A DNA stretch of 64,000 nucleotides from Podarcis tiliguerta (Eukaryota). Made by a program: the position numbers and the translations under genes. The stretch lies in the NCBI GenBank assembly GCA_965153285.1, contig OZ229110.1, one strand, 5' to 3'. This document shows positions 1-13,087 of this stretch, piece after piece (within the stretch, counting starts at the first letter, position 1; each line of letters opens with the position of its first letter). The notes under the pieces were generated by a model. The model had not been told where the DNA came from, did no database searches, and saw only the letters and a list, made by a program, of their open reading frames with translations.

Positions 1-647
1 TTTTATAGTTTTTGGTCACTTTTTCCCCTTTCAAGAATGAGGAAGAAATCTTACTCTTGCTTCTCCTTCACTACTTGCTGTGGTTGGTATGTGAGAAATT
101 GGGGTTTAGATGCCCACTCCATCATGAACTGATCTGCCATTCCCCCCCCCTTTCCCTTAGCCCATCTCATTTTTATTGTAACATTAATTCAGCGCATCCA
201 AGTCACAACTATAACCAATGATTATTCTCTATGTGGCATGGCTCTTCCTAAAACTACATAAGTTTTGTTTTTGTACAAGGATGCTTTGATAGGAAATCCT
301 GTATGTATTGAGATAATGTTCTCAGGAAAGTAACAAGTCCATCTTGACAACTGATCGTTTATACTGATATTACTTGATCACAGAGAAGAGAATGTCTATA
401 ATACAGCAAGGATTGCAAGGCAGTGGGATGGTAAGAAGGGTTACACCCAGCCGTGCAGTCAATGAGCATGAGAAGTGCCCCCTGCATTTCCCAATGTATG
501 CATGGTAGAGCATTTCCGTGTGAGGGGGAGATCTCAGGATATTTGTTGTTCATTTGTTGTTCAGATACAGAAAAGGATTTTCTTGCTTTTCCTAGAGGCC
601 TGAAAACTAATATTAAAATAACTGGGCCCTTTTGTTTTTCTCTGTAG

Positions 648-745
648 GTTCATGTGTGCTCAGTTGCCCAATCAGGTTCTGAAGAGCATTAGCATCATAG
701 ACAGCCCTGGCATTCTTTCAGGAGAGAAACAGCGAATACGCAGAG
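648..745 (+). CDS. EHD4: EHD4 coding exon (98 bp, G-domain; [29 protein letters not shown])
   Basis: tag|G acceptor and G|gtaag donor; EHD-family motif [14 protein letters not shown]; upstream exons lie outside the window. Confidence 0.95.
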
Positions 746-1603
746 GTAAGCTTGTTGCTTTGTTTTATCTATAGTAAAATGTATGTCCCACCCTTTCCCT
801 GTCCCAGAGTACTTACAACAAACAAAACAACATCAGGTTCTTAATTAAATAAGTAGTGCAGAAAAATAATTGCAGGGACTAGTGACCTGTTTTGCTGTAC
901 AGGCTAATCCAGCTAATCTCTTGAGTGCTTGCTCTATCAGCTTGGCGACAGCATGGTCCAGTAACATTCCTGGAAGTCTCTGGTGCCTTGTTTTAAACTA
1001 ATGCCTGCTGAATGGATAGGCACCAGGTTTTATTAAATCCATGTTTTGCATTCTGTTGTGCATGGGTTGGTATTGCTTTCTATAATGTGAAAACTCACAG
1101 CCCGCATCTTTATACAACTAGAGTTCATTTTTTCAAAGAGACAACAGAATATATACTGGTAGCAGGATAAAGGTCTGTTTCAATGCTTGACCTCCCACTT
1201 ATCATAGTTCCTCCTCATGGAGGCTTATTCAATGATCCAGTTCACACGTCACATTAAACAACAGTTCAAAACAAGCTGTTGTTTAATGTGCAGTGCTACT
1301 CTTCCCCAACTCCTACAGCTGCTGGGAATCAAGCCAGACTCTGGCTTGTTGTGATGTCTGAATGTGAGTTCATGGTTCATTTTTATCATCCTGACCCAAC
1401 AAACCACGCCCATGGTTTATTCTGTTTTGGAGAAGCACAAGATAAAACTCGAAGTTTCTGTTCCCCTTGCATTTTTGTCCAGTGCCAGGCTGGAGGATAA
1501 TATTAATTTCAAAACTGAAGCAGAATCTGTTGGATTGTTAAATGCAAGGGAGCTCTTAGATGTCAACTCTGTGTGAAAGTTCACTATTTTACTTGTTGGA
1601 TCA

Positions 1604-1661
<58 letters not shown>

Positions 1662-1835
1662 AGCCTCATTTTGCTTTTCAAAATGAAAATATTTATTTTA
1701 AAGACCACCCAGCTGCTTCGTTGAGCACTTACATAGTTATCTTATTCCTACCATTTCCTCTTCTTGGCTGATATCTGATTTGCCAGTGATATCATATAAC
1801 ATCTCCATCTGTCAGGAAATCTCCTAATCTAGGGT

Positions 1836-1874
<39 letters not shown>

Positions 1875-2311
1875 TTTAGAAGGTCTGTTTCTTAATTAAC
1901 TTAAAAACAGTGACTACATTGGAAGTGATCCAGCCAAAATTAATGGCAATTTTTTTAAAAAAAAATCAATAGGAGAACTAGGTGCATGATAAAATATTAC
2001 TTTGAAATTCTGTCATAACTGATGACAGAATTTCTGTCAGATAAAAGTTCTACATTTTGTGATTTAAAATACCCTTTGCATCATCAAAGCTAGCATGAAC
2101 CTGCAAGAAGTCTCACTGAATGTATCTAAGGTATCTTGAGTTTGCCCCCAATGCAACATCTGAACTCGCTGTTTTCCCAAGCATTTTAAAATTATGTCCA
2201 GACTCTTCTCAAAGTACCTGTGTTAGAAAATTAAAATTACTTCTAAATAATTATAAGCACTGTCTAAGCAATTTTATACCCTCCCCTATCTTTCCCCCCT
2301 TTCTCTTTCAG

Positions 2312-2724
2312 GCTATGACTTCTGTCAGGTTCTGCAGTGGTTTGCTGAGCGTGTTGATCGTATCATCCTCTTATTTGATGCCCACAAACTTGATATTTCT
2401 GACGAGTTCTCAGAAGCAATCAAAGCGTTCCGGGGTCAGGATGACAAGATCCGGGTTGTGTTGAATAAGGCTGACCAAGTAGACACCCAGCAGTTAATGA
2501 GAGTCTATGGAGCACTCATGTGGTCTTTGGGGAAAGTGATTAACACTCCAGAGGTATTGCGTGTCTACATTGGCTCTTTTTGGTCTCAGCCCCTGCAAAA
2601 CTCAGAGAACCGAAAGCTGTTTGAGGTGGAAGCACAAGATCTGTTCCAGGACATCCAGAACCTACCACAAAAGGCAACAGTGAGAAAACTGAATGACCTT
2701 ATCAAGAGATCACGACTTGCAAAG
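2312..2724 (+). CDS. EHD4: EHD4 coding exon (413 bp; GYDFCQVLQWFAERVDRII...NKAD...RLAK)
   Basis: AG/GT boundaries, phase-compatible with neighbours; NKAD motif; EHD4-type residues; adjacent to SPTBN5 as in mammals. Confidence 0.96.
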
Positions 2725-5292
2725 GTAAGATTGTGAGATAAAGCTTGACTTTCCTTGAGCACTTCTTGGTGAAGTGCCTTTTTTGTTATCTTTCCTCCTC
2801 CACTTTCTGTGCAGCAGTGGACAGCAGTGTAAAGTCAGTTGAGCTGACAGTATTAAATCAAAGTGATTATTGTTTTACTTTTAGGGGAGGAAAGGAAACT
2901 TTCCAGACCAACAGGGACCTGTGGTCCTTAACTTATTCATAAATGACTTGGAGTTAGGGATGGACAGAAAAAGATGGCTGATGACAACAATTTTTTCAGG
3001 TTGGGATTCAAAAAGGGATTGCAGGGAACTCCAAAAGATCTCTCCAAATTGGGTGAATGAACATTAAAATGGCAAATGCTGTTTCAGTGTAAGCAGCTAT
3101 AAAGTTATGCACATTGGGGGGGGGGGAAATCCTAACCATATGTGGAGTCTGAACTGGTAGTGGTTTAGCACTAAAGAGATCTTGAAGATTTTAGTGGACA
3201 CCCAGTGAAACTTCTGACCTAGTGTGCAACGGCTGTGAAAGGAAAGGACAGTTTCTCAACCCATCCTCCTTCCTCCAATCACCATCAGCCCCTCAAAAGC
3301 TCATCCAGAGAGTCTGGGGCCCTCCTGAACAATCTGGGATGGGGTGGTGGTGAGGGAATGGGAAACATTCCTTTTATAAGCATCTTTATCTTAGGATCAA
3401 AGTCCAATTTTGGATAATGCTCCCCACCCCACCCAGTCTCATGGTGCTTGAGGGGGTGTTGTAGCTGACTGCAAGGGTGCATGGATAAGAGGTGAAACTT
3501 TGCTTCCTTGAACTTCCTTAGCTTATCATAGAATCTAAGCCAAACTGTTAATTGTCTAAATGGCAAACTGAGTTGAAAAGGAAGTTTGAAATGACTTTAA
3601 ATGGATTCCAGTCAATACAGCAGTTCTTTTAGAGCACCACATTCTTTCTTTCTTTTAGTGGGTGTTTGTTTTCTTTTATAGAAAAGCAAAAGCATTATGT
3701 AGGTTCTCATTTTGATGTTGCCTTCGCCTCCTAAGCATACTCTTGAAATTCCTATCATGTTAGAATAATTGAGTAAGTCAGTTGTCAGCTCCCTATCAAC
3801 TTCAGGGTCTTATCAGCCGCTCTGGTATTCCTTGTGCGCAGTGTGATAGGTCATATTTAAATGCTTTGAAGGCTGAAAACCTCATCTGTAAAAGCACAAT
3901 GGGGGCTTTGAAGAAATGCAATTGGTTAAATGAGACGGGGGGGGGGGAATACTATTGAAGGCATTTAGCATTTGACTTCCCATACTCCTTGCATCAAAAT
4001 CTTGTCATTCTATCATGGATCACATTCAGTAAGAATGTAGAAACTTGCTGGATCAGTGTCATAATTTGCATAAAAATAATATACAGACACCATGTTTTAA
4101 GCTCATTTGCACACACTTGATCAGTACATCCTAATTAGATCCTCACCTTCATTCTGTTACAGTAGCTCGCTCACTCTTGCTTGCTTGCTTTCTCTGATCT
4201 TTGCTTGGTTCTTCTCTATGTTCCTTATGTCTGTATTTGTCTGTTCTATGTAGTTAAGTGCTTGATGTTTCTGCTTCACATTGTATTAGATGGGTGATTA
4301 AGTGATGGATAGGAAGAAGGGTTGTAGGGTTTGTTCTTGCTAAAGTGAATAATCAACTAACTTTTAAAGTGATTCATTTCAATCACTTTACTGTCCATGG
4401 TAGGTATGATACATAAATAGTAGCTTAATTTGTCATAGACAGGAACTGCTCTTCTTTCCTCATTGCATCTCTTTGTGGTGGTCTTTAAATACAGAGGCAG
4501 CAAATATATAACACACACTTCTATTTTGGTTACATTCAATCCATATCATTGGCCTTGCTCACATGCCACTTTAAACCATAGTTAAACTTAAGTAAGCTAT
4601 GGTCTGGCTTAGCAATACAGCTGAACCTGAGCAAACACACCATAAGCAGAAAGCTAAGAACAAACCTTGGTTACAGCTTGTGGTTTGTTTGGAGAAAGAC
4701 AAATCACAAGCCCAGCTTTGGGTGTAATACTAAACCTGACCATGGCTTGTTTCCTGGCAGTCTAGCAGCAGCAGGGGAGGAGCATGGCTTTAGCCCCATG
4801 CACAGCTAAGTTTAACTATGGTTTAAAACTGATGTCAAAACCAGACATTTTAACTGATAGATTTGTATTTTTTTTGGAGGGCGGGAATGATGACCACATA
4901 GGTTAAATTCATAAAGGTTTATGAGCAAATAATATGTTTTCCCTTAAGAAGGCCCTAGCTTTCTTTAACGTAGTCATTATCTGCCATCTCAGCCACCTGT
5001 AATTGCACTAAGCTGCAAAGCGACGTCTCAGTAGTTTTCCTGGCTACCACTTTTTTCTCTCTTTCTTCAAGAGACAGAATGTTATAATACCCTTTTTTCT
5101 TCTTTTGGAGATGGGGAGCAGTTTTTGCAAAGCTAAAATGAGTGTGTCAGTTATATGGAATGTTTAGTATTTGTGTATTTTGTACACTACAACGAACATT
5201 AAACTGGTGTCTCTTGAGGGTTTTTCTTGTTCACATCTGTTGTGAGGCATGAAAATCACTGCTAACTTGAATCGCCTGCTGTTCTGTTTTAG

Positions 5293-5457
5293 GTACATGC
5301 TTATATCATTAGTCACCTGAAGAAGGAAATGCCTTCGGTATTTGGAAAAGAAAATAAGAAGAAAGAACTGATCAACAAGCTACCTGAGATTTATGTTCAG
5401 TTGCAGCAGCAGTACCAGATCTCACCAGGGGACTTCCCTGATGTCAAGAAAATGCAG
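5293..5457 (+). CDS. EHD4: EHD4 coding exon (165 bp; VHAYIISHLKKEMPSVFGKENKKKELI...KKMQ)
   Basis: ttttag|GTA acceptor, CAG|gtacaa donor; EHD helical domain sequence. Confidence 0.95.
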
Positions 5458-5554
5458 GTACAAGAATCATAGAATCATAGAATCATAGAATCATAGAGTT
5501 GGAAGAGACCACAAGGGCCATCGAGTCCAACCCCCTGCCAAGCAGGAAACACCA

Positions 5555-8476
5555 TCAGAGCACTCCTGACATATGGTTGTCAAGCCTCTGCTTAAAGACC
5601 TCCAAAGAAGGAGACTCCACCACACTCCTTGGCAGCAAATTCCACTGTCGGACAGCTCTTACTGTCAGGAAGTTCTTCCTAATGTTTAGGTGGAATCTTC
5701 TTTCTTGTAGTTTGTATCCATTGCTCCGTGTCCGCTTCTCTGGAGCAGCAGAAAACAACCTTTCTCCCTCCTCTATGTGACATCCTTTTATATATTTGAA
5801 CATGGCTATCATATCACCCCTTAACCTCCTTTTCTCCAGGCTAAACATGCCCAGCTCCCTTAGCCGATCCTCATAAGGCATTGTTTCCAGGCCTTTGACC
5901 ATTTTGGTTGCCCTCCTCTGTACACGTTCTAGTTTGTCAGTGTCCTTCTTGAACTGTGGTGCCCAGAACTGGACACAGTACTCCAGGTGAGGTCTGACCA
6001 GAGCAGAATACAGTGGCACTATAACTTCCCTTGATCTAGATGCTATACTCCTATTGATGCAGCCCAGAATTGCATTGGCTTTTTTAGCTGCCGCGTCGCA
6101 CTGTTGGCTCATGTTAAGTTTGTGGTCAACCAAGACTCCTAGATCCTTTTCACATGTACTGCTCTCAAGCCAGGTGGCACCCATCTTGTATTTGTGCCTC
6201 TCATTTTTTTTGCCCAAGTGCAATACTTTACATTTCTCCCTGTTAAAATTCATCTTGTTTGTTTTGGCCCAGTTCTCTAATCTGTCAAGGTCGTTTTGAA
6301 GTGTGATCCTGTCTTCTGGGGTGTTAGCCACCCCTCCCAGTTTGGTGTCATCTGCAAATTTGATCAGGATGCCCTTGAGTCCATCATCCAAGTCGTTGAT
6401 AAAGATGTTGAATAAGACCGGGCCCAATACAGAACCCTGTGGCACCCCACTAGTCACTCTTCTCCAGGATGAAGAGGAACCATTGATGAGCACCCTTTGG
6501 GTCCGGTCAGTCAGCCAGTTACAAATCCACTGAGTGGTAGCATGGTCAAGACCGCATTTTACCAGCTTCTTTACAAGAATATCATGGGGCACCTTGTCAA
6601 ATGCCTTGCTGAAATCAAGGTAGACTACATCCACTGCGTTCCCTTCATCTACCAGGCTTGTAATTCTGTCAAAAAATGAGATCAGGTTAGTCTGACATGA
6701 CTTATTTTTCAGAAATCCATGCTGACTATTGGTGATCACAGCATTCCTTTCTAGGTGCTCACAGATTGTTTGCTTAATGATCTGCTCCAGAATCTTCCCT
6801 GGTATTGATGTTAGACTGACTGGGCGGTAATTATTTGGGTCCTCTCTTTTCCCCTTTTTGAAAATAGGGACAACATTTGCCCTCCTCCAGTCTGCCGGGA
6901 CTTCGCCTGTTCTCCAGGAATTCTCAAAGATGACTGCCAGTGGTTCTGAGATCACATCTGCCAGTTCTTTTAATACTCTTGGATGCAGTTCATCTGGCCC
7001 TGGAGACTTGAATACATCTAAACTAGCCAAGTATTCTTGTACTATCTCCTTAGTTATTCTGGGCTGTGTTTCCTCTGCTGAATCATTTCCTCCAAATTCT
7101 TCAGGTCGGGCATTGTTTTCTTTATCGGAGAAGACTGAGGCAAAGAAGGCATTGAGGAGTTCAGCCCTTTCTGTGTCCCCTGTTTGCATTTCACCATCTT
7201 CTCCTCTGAGTGACCCCACTGTTTCTTTGTTCTTCCTTTTGCTACGAACATACCCATAGAAGCCTTTTTTGTTGCTTTTAACCTCTCTAGCAAGCCTGAG
7301 TTCATTCTGTGCTTTAGCTTTTCTGACTTTGTGTCTACACGTGCTGGCTATTTGTTTGAATTCCTCTTTGGTGGTTTCCCCCCTTTTCCATTTTTTGTAC
7401 ACATCCTTTTTTAATCTTAACTCAGTTAAAAGTTCTTTAGATAGCCACCCTGGCTTCTTTAGGCACCTTCCATGTTTCCGTCTCATTGGTATTGCCTGAA
7501 GTTGTGCTTTTACTATCTCCCTCTTAACAAAGTCCCAGCCATCATGAACTCCCTTTCCTTTTAGTATTACTGTCCATGGGATCTCACCCAGCACTTCCCT
7601 AAGTTTTATGAAGTCGGCTTTCTTAAAGTCAAGAAATTGAGTCCTAGTATGCTTGGCTGCTCCTTTCCGTTGTATAGTAAACTTCAGAAGAGCATGATCA
7701 CTTGCGCCTAATGATCCTTCCACTTCTACTCCATTAACCAGGTCATCGACATTGGTTAGGACCAGATCTAAAATGGCTGTTCCTCTTGTTGCTTCTCCCA
7801 CTTTCTGGACAATGAAGTTGTCTGCAAGGCCAGTGAGGAATCTGTTTGACCTTATGCTCTTGGCTGAGTTTGACATCCAACAAATATCTGGGTAATTGAA
7901 GTCCCCCATTACTACTATCTCCCTTCCTTTTGCATGCTTGGCCATCTGTTCCAGGAAGGCATCATCTATGTCCTCCGTTTGGCTTGGGGATCTGTAGTAA
8001 ACTCCCACAATGAGGTCACTATTATTCTTCTCTCCCTTAATTTTGACCCAAATGCTCTCACTTTGGCTTTGAGGTTCTAAATCTTGGATCTCTTCACAGG
8101 TATACACATCCCTGACATATAACGCCACTCCTCCTCCTTTCTTGTCTGGTCTGTTTCTCTGAAATAGATTGTATCCCTCCATTTTTACATTCCAATCGTG
8201 GGACTTATCCCACCAGGTTTCAGTGATGCCTATTATGTCATATTTAGTTTGCTGTACCAAGAGCTCAAGCTCATCTTGTTTATTTCCCATGCTTTGTGCA
8301 TTAGTGTACAGACATTGAAGTCCATTAGTCATTCCCCCGTGTCTCTTATTTAAGGATTTTTTCCTCCCACCACTAGGTCTGCTTGCTGTTTGCTCCATTT
8401 GGTCTATGACATTTGGATGATCATCTTCATCAATTAATAGACTCCTACCTTCAGGAGCACTGTCTCCCTCCCCCAC
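5555..8476 (-). CDS. CR1 ORF2: AP endonuclease + reverse transcriptase
   Basis: Uninterrupted 973-codon frame; APE motifs YTNAQS, GITETWW, MGDFN, SDH; RT motifs [23 protein letters not shown]; true start codon uncertain (track start is GTG). Confidence 0.96.
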   Translation of the reverse strand: MGEGDSAPEGRSLLIDEDDHPNVIDQMEQTASRPSGGRKKSLNKRHGGMTNGLQCLYTNAQSMGNKQDELELLVQQTKYDIIGITETWWDKSHDWNVKMEGYNLFQRNRPDKKGGGVALYVRDVYTCEEIQDLEPQSQSESIWVKIKGEKNNSDLIVGVYYRSPSQTEDIDDAFLEQMAKHAKGREIVVMGDFNYPDICWMSNSAKSIRSNRFLTGLADNFIVQKVGEATRGTAILDLVLTNVDDLVNGVEVEGSLGASDHALLKFTIQRKGAAKHTRTQFLDFKKADFIKLREVLGEIPWTVILKGKGVHDGWDFVKREIVKAQLQAIPMRRKHGRCLKKPGWLSKELLTELRLKKDVYKKWKRGETTKEEFKQIASTCRHKVRKAKAQNELRLAREVKSNKKGFYGYVRSKRKNKETVGSLRGEDGEMQTGDTERAELLNAFFASVFSDKENNARPEEFGGNDSAEETQPRITKEIVQEYLASLDVFKSPGPDELHPRVLKELADVISEPLAVIFENSWRTGEVPADWRRANVVPIFKKGKREDPNNYRPVSLTSIPGKILEQIIKQTICEHLERNAVITNSQHGFLKNKSCQTNLISFFDRITSLVDEGNAVDVVYLDFSKAFDKVPHDILVKKLVKCGLDHATTQWICNWLTDRTQRVLINGSSSSWRRVTSGVPQGSVLGPVLFNIFINDLDDGLKGILIKFADDTKLGGVANTPEDRITLQNDLDRLENWAKTNKMNFNREKCKVLHLGKKNERHKYKMGATWLESSTCEKDLGVLVDHKLNMSQQCDAAAKKANAILGCINRSIASRSREVIVPLYSALVRPHLEYCVQFWAPQFKKDTDKLERVQRRATKMVKGLETMPYEDRLRELGMFSLEKRRLRGDMIAMFKYIKGCHIEEGERLFSAAPEKRTRSNGYKLQERRFHLNIRKNFLTVRAVRQWNLLPRSVVESPSLEVFKQRLDNHMSGVL

Positions 8477-8481
8477 ATTAG

Positions 8482-9510
8482 TCAGTTTAAAGCCCTCCTG
8501 ATGAGGTTTCTTAGTTTTTTGGCAAAAACATTCCTCCCAACCGTTGTGAGGTGCAGCCCATCGCTTGCCAGAAGTCCATCCTCAAGAAACTGCAGTCCGT
8601 GATCTAAGAATCCAAACCGTTCCTGTTTACACCAGTTGCGAAGCCAGCTGTTTACTTCCACTATTTTCCTCTCTCTCCCTGGGCCACGTCGTTCAACTGG
8701 GAGGACAGATGAGATGACGATTTGTGCATTTAATTGCTTCAATTTCCTGCCCAGAGCCTCGTAGTCTCTTTTGATCTTCTGGAGGCTATTGCTTGCAGTG
8801 TCGTTGGTTCCCACATGAACCAAGAGGAAGGGGTATTTGTCAGTGGGTTTTATGATTCCTTGCAGTCGTTCAGTTACATCTTGGATCTTAGCCCCGGGGA
8901 GACAGCACACTTCCCGAGACATCTTGTCAGGCCCACAGATCACTCCTTCTGTTCCCCTCAGTAAGGAATCCCCTATCACCACTACACGCCTTCTCTTAGG
9001 TTTGGTCAGGGTTCTTCCGTGAGCGGTCCGTTCCAAGGTCGCCTGCACATTCCCTGAGGACTGACTTTGCTGCTCATCTTCATATACGTGATCGACTGTA
9101 ATGAGGGAGAGATCCTCAAATGGAGTCTGCTCTTCGTCTTCCATGCTAGGGGAGAGGACCTCAAAGCGATTGTGTATTTCTAGACAATCAGAGCGAACCC
9201 TGGGCCTCCTACTTCTTTGAGTCACGTTTCTCCACATATCGGGCTCCTGTGTTGGTGAACTAGCCTCCTTCTCAGGGGAGTCCCCTGTCTCCTCCTTGGT
9301 GGAGACGGTGTGCTCTGTTGCTTCCAAGAAGAGCTCCAGCTCTCTAATTCTTTGGAGCGTAGCTACACGTTCCTCCAGTTGCTGGACTTTGTCTTTTAGG
9401 AGGGCAATCAACATGCAATTGCTGCACGTAAAGCTGCCTGCAACCTTTGGCAAGATGGCAAACATTGCGCAGGAACCGCAGGCGACTGCAGCTGTTCCCT
9501 CCCCCTCCAT
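8482..9510 (-). CDS. CR1 ORF1: zinc finger/coiled coil + SGNH (GDSL) esterase
   Basis: CxxC...CxxC N-terminus, heptad region, IGDSL, GTND and DGLH motifs; ATG start. Confidence 0.92.
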   Translation of the reverse strand: MEGEGTAAVACGSCAMFAILPKVAGSFTCSNCMLIALLKDKVQQLEERVATLQRIRELELFLEATEHTVSTKEETGDSPEKEASSPTQEPDMWRNVTQRSRRPRVRSDCLEIHNRFEVLSPSMEDEEQTPFEDLSLITVDHVYEDEQQSQSSGNVQATLERTAHGRTLTKPKRRRVVVIGDSLLRGTEGVICGPDKMSREVCCLPGAKIQDVTERLQGIIKPTDKYPFLLVHVGTNDTASNSLQKIKRDYEALGRKLKQLNAQIVISSVLPVERRGPGRERKIVEVNSWLRNWCKQERFGFLDHGLQFLEDGLLASDGLHLTTVGRNVFAKKLRNLIRRALN

Positions 9511-9591
9511 CTTGAGAATGTGTCGTTGGGCTTGAGACTAGCTCCCCTAAATCTGAAAGATGGTTCAAACTGCGCGCGCCGATAGGCGCGC

Positions 9592-12454
9592 GCCGCTGCC
9601 CTGCAAACACTGATAAGCTCCTCCCACAGCTAATCACCTGCCTCAACAGAAACCCTGCCCCCTCTGACCTTTGACCAGGGAAAGCAGCTAATCAGCCACA
9701 AGAATCACACACACAAGAAACCCCTTTTGGCTCCTTCTTCAGCCGCTGCCCTGCAAACACTGATAAGCTCCTCCCACAGCTAATCACCTGCCTCAACAGA
9801 AACCCTGCCCCCTCTGACCTTTGACCAGGGAAAGCAGCTAATCAGCCACAAGAATCACACACACAAGAAACCCCTTTTGGCTCCTTCTTCAGCCGCTGCC
9901 CTGCAAACACTGATAAGCTCCTCCCACAGCTAATCACCTGCCTCAACAGAAACCCTGCCCCCTCTGACCTTTGACCAGGGAAAGCAGCTAATCAGCCACA
10001 AGAATCACACACACAAGAAACCCCTTTTGGCTCCTTCTTCAGCCGCTGCCCTGCAAACACTGATAAGCTCCTCCCACAGCTAATCACCTGCCTCAACAGA
10101 AACCCTGCCCCCTCTGACCTTTGACCAGGGAAAGCAGCTAATCAGCCACAAGAATCACACACACAAGAAACCCCTTTTGGCTCCTTCTTCAGCCGCTGCC
10201 CTGCAAACACTGATAAGCTCCTCCCACAGCTAATCACCTGCCTCAACAGAAACCCTGCCCCCTCTGACCTTTGACCAGGGAAAGCAGCTAATCAGCCACA
10301 AGAATCACACACACAAGAAACCCCTTTTGGCTCCTTCTTCAGCCGCTGCCCTGCAAACACTGATAAGCTCCTCCCACAGCTAATCACCTGCCTCAACAGA
10401 AACCCTGCCCCCTCTGACCTTTGACCAGGGAAAGCAGCTAATCAGCCACAAGAATCACACACACAAGAAACCCCTTTTGGCTCCTTCTTCAGCCGCTGCC
10501 CTGCAAACACTGATAAGCTCCTCCCACAGCTAATCACCTGCCTCAACAGAAACCCTGCCCCCTCTGACCTTTGACCAGGGAAAGCAGCTAATCAGCCACA
10601 AGAATCACACACACAAGAAACCCCTTTTGGCTCCTTCTTCAGCCGCTGCCCTGCAAACACTGATAAGCTCCTCCCACAGCTAATCACCTGCCTCAACAGA
10701 AACCCTGCCCCCTCTGACCTTTGACCAGGGAAAGCAGCTAATCAGCCACAAGAATCACACACACAAGAAACCCCTTTTGGCTCCTTCTTCAGCCGCTGCC
10801 CTGCAAACACTGATAAGCTCCTCCCACAGCTAATCACCTGCCTCAACAGAAACCCTGCCCCCTCTGACCTTTGACCAGGGAAAGCAGCTAATCAGCCACA
10901 AGAATCACACACACAAGAAACCCCTTTTGGCTCCTTCTTCAGCCGCTGCCCTGCAAACACTGATAAGCTCCTCCCACAGCTAATCACCTGCCTCAACAGA
11001 AACCCTGCCCCCTCTGACCTTTGACCAGGGAAAGCAGCTAATCAGCCACAAGAATCACACACACAAGAAACCCCTTTTGGCTCCTTCTTCAGCCGCTGCC
11101 CTGCAAACACTGATAAGCTCCTCCCACAGCTAATCACCTGCCTCAACAGAAACCCTGCCCCCTCTGACCTTTGACCAGGGAAAGCAGCTAATCAGCCACA
11201 AGAATCACACACACAAGAAACCCCTTTTGGCTCCTTCTTCAGCCGCTGCCCTGCAAACACTGATAAGCTCCTCCCACAGCTAATCACCTGCCTCAACAGA
11301 AACCCTGCCCCCTCTGACCTTTGACCAGGGAAAGCAGCTAATCAGCCACAAGAATCACACACACAAGAAACCCCTTTTGGCTCCTTCTTCAGCCGCTGCC
11401 CTGCAAACACTGATAAGCTCCTCCCACAGCTAATCACCTGCCTCAACAGAAACCCTGCCCCCTCTGACCTTTGACCAGGGAAAGCAGCTAATCAGCCACA
11501 AGAATCACACACACAAGAAACCCCTTTTGGCTCCTTCTTCAGCCGCTGCCCTGCAAACACTGATAAGCTCCTCCCACAGCTAATCACCTGCCTCAACAGA
11601 AACCCTGCCCCCTCTGACCTTTGACCAGGGAAAGCAGCTAATCAGCCACAAGAATCACACACACAAGAAACCCCTTTTGGCTCCTTCTTCAGCCGCTGCC
11701 CTGCAAACACTGATAAGCTCCTCCCACAGCTAATCACCTGCCTCAACAGAAACCCTGCCCCCTCTGACCTTTGACCAGGGAAAGCAGCTAATCAGCCACA
11801 AGAATCACACACACAAGAAACCCCTTTTGGCTCCTTCTTCAGCCGCTGCCCTGCAAACACTGATAAGCTCCTCCCACAGCTAATCACCTGCCTCAACAGA
11901 AACCCTGCCCCCTCTGACCTTTGACCAGGGAAAGCAGCTAATCAGCCACAAGAATCACACACACAAGAAACCCCTTTTGGCTCCTTCTTCAGCCGCTGCC
12001 CTGCAAACACTGATAAGCTCCTCCCACAGCTAATCACCTGCCTCAACAGAAACCCTGCCCCCTCTGACCTTTGACCAGGGAAAGCAGCTAATCAGCCACA
12101 AGAATCACACACACAAGAAACCCCTTTTGGCTCCTTCTTCAGCCGCTGCCCTGCAAACACTGATAAGCTCCTCCCACAGCTAATCACCTGCCTCAACAGA
12201 AACCCTGCCCCCTCTGACCTTTGACCAGGGAAAGCAGCTAATCAGCCACAAGAATCACACACACAAGAAACCCCTTTTGGCTCCTTCTTCAGCCGCTGCC
12301 CTGCAAACACTGATAAGCTCCTCCCACAGCTAATCACCTGCCTCAACAGAAACCCTGCCCCCTCTGACCTTTGACCAGGGAAAGCAGCTAATCAGCCACA
12401 AGAATCACACACACAAGAAACCCCTTTTGGCTCCTTCTTCAGCCGCTGCCCTGC
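9592..12454 (-). repeat. Tandem array of 19 apparently identical 150-bp monomers plus a 13-bp partial, forming the CR1 5' UTR
   Basis: Unit GCCGCTGCCCTGCAAACAC...CTTCTTCA recurs at 9592, 9742 ... 12292, with partial at 12442; lies inside the CR1 TSD. Confidence 0.95.
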
Positions 12455-12534
12455 CCTGAGGACAAGAGGTACAGTACCTCAACAAATGGATAGTTTGTTT
12501 ACCTCTAATTATTTCAATCACAGCTTTATCATAA

Positions 12535-12909
12535 CTTTGTGGTTCAAGGACCCCCGACCCCCGTGAGGTGGAAATAAACACACAAGGACGCGTGGTATAA
12601 GGTTTATGGGCAAGGAAAAGGCCACAACTTTATTGGTTACTGCAATGCAAAAGGTATTGGCTTAGGCATTGGATGACCACAGCAGAGGGGTTGAATCATC
12701 AGGGGGGTAGACAGAGCCAGTTGATGCCTATCCAACTATAGGCTCACCCCTGATGTCACCGGGGTCGTGCCATGGCCTCCAGCCAAGCAGGCATCGGACA
12801 GAATACACGACCGCCGGATTCCTTTAACGGAATACCCAAATCGAAGGCGTAGGCGATGGCCACACCTAGCCTTCCCACACAGCATAACACCCAAATCCAA
12901 TGCCTAACC
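12535..12909 (-). repeat. Ngaro repeat B2 (375 bp)
   Basis: Matches 13308-13682 at offset 773; minus-strand AATAAA at 12629-12634. Confidence 0.93.
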
Positions 12910-13087
12910 TACCCACCAATACCACAAAAGTTGTGACGGTTGCTACGAGGTAGGCGAAAAAACCCATAGGCCTAATGCCAACAGGAAAAACTCCTACCAG
13001 GCCCCCAGACAACCGGGCGACCAACCTAAGGTCCATAGCAAGGCCAGAAGAAACCTGAGCCCTGAGCTAGAGGGAGTGGAGGGTGGG

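Larger units (their letters stand above)
5466..12461 (-). mobile_element. Full-length CR1 LINE retrotransposon, antisense in EHD4 intron
   Basis: 3' tail (ATTCTATG)x4 at 5463-5494; intact ORF2 and ORF1; 5' monomer array; 6-bp TSD ACAAGA at 5460-5465 and 12462-12467. Confidence 0.95.

Noticed and set aside
6054-9535. Plus-strand ORFs over the CR1, and those over the Ngaro ORFs
   Set aside because: Antisense shadows of real coding frames
9592-12454. CRISPR-like array
   Set aside because: Units are contiguous and identical with no variable spacers; eukaryotic context; lies inside a LINE
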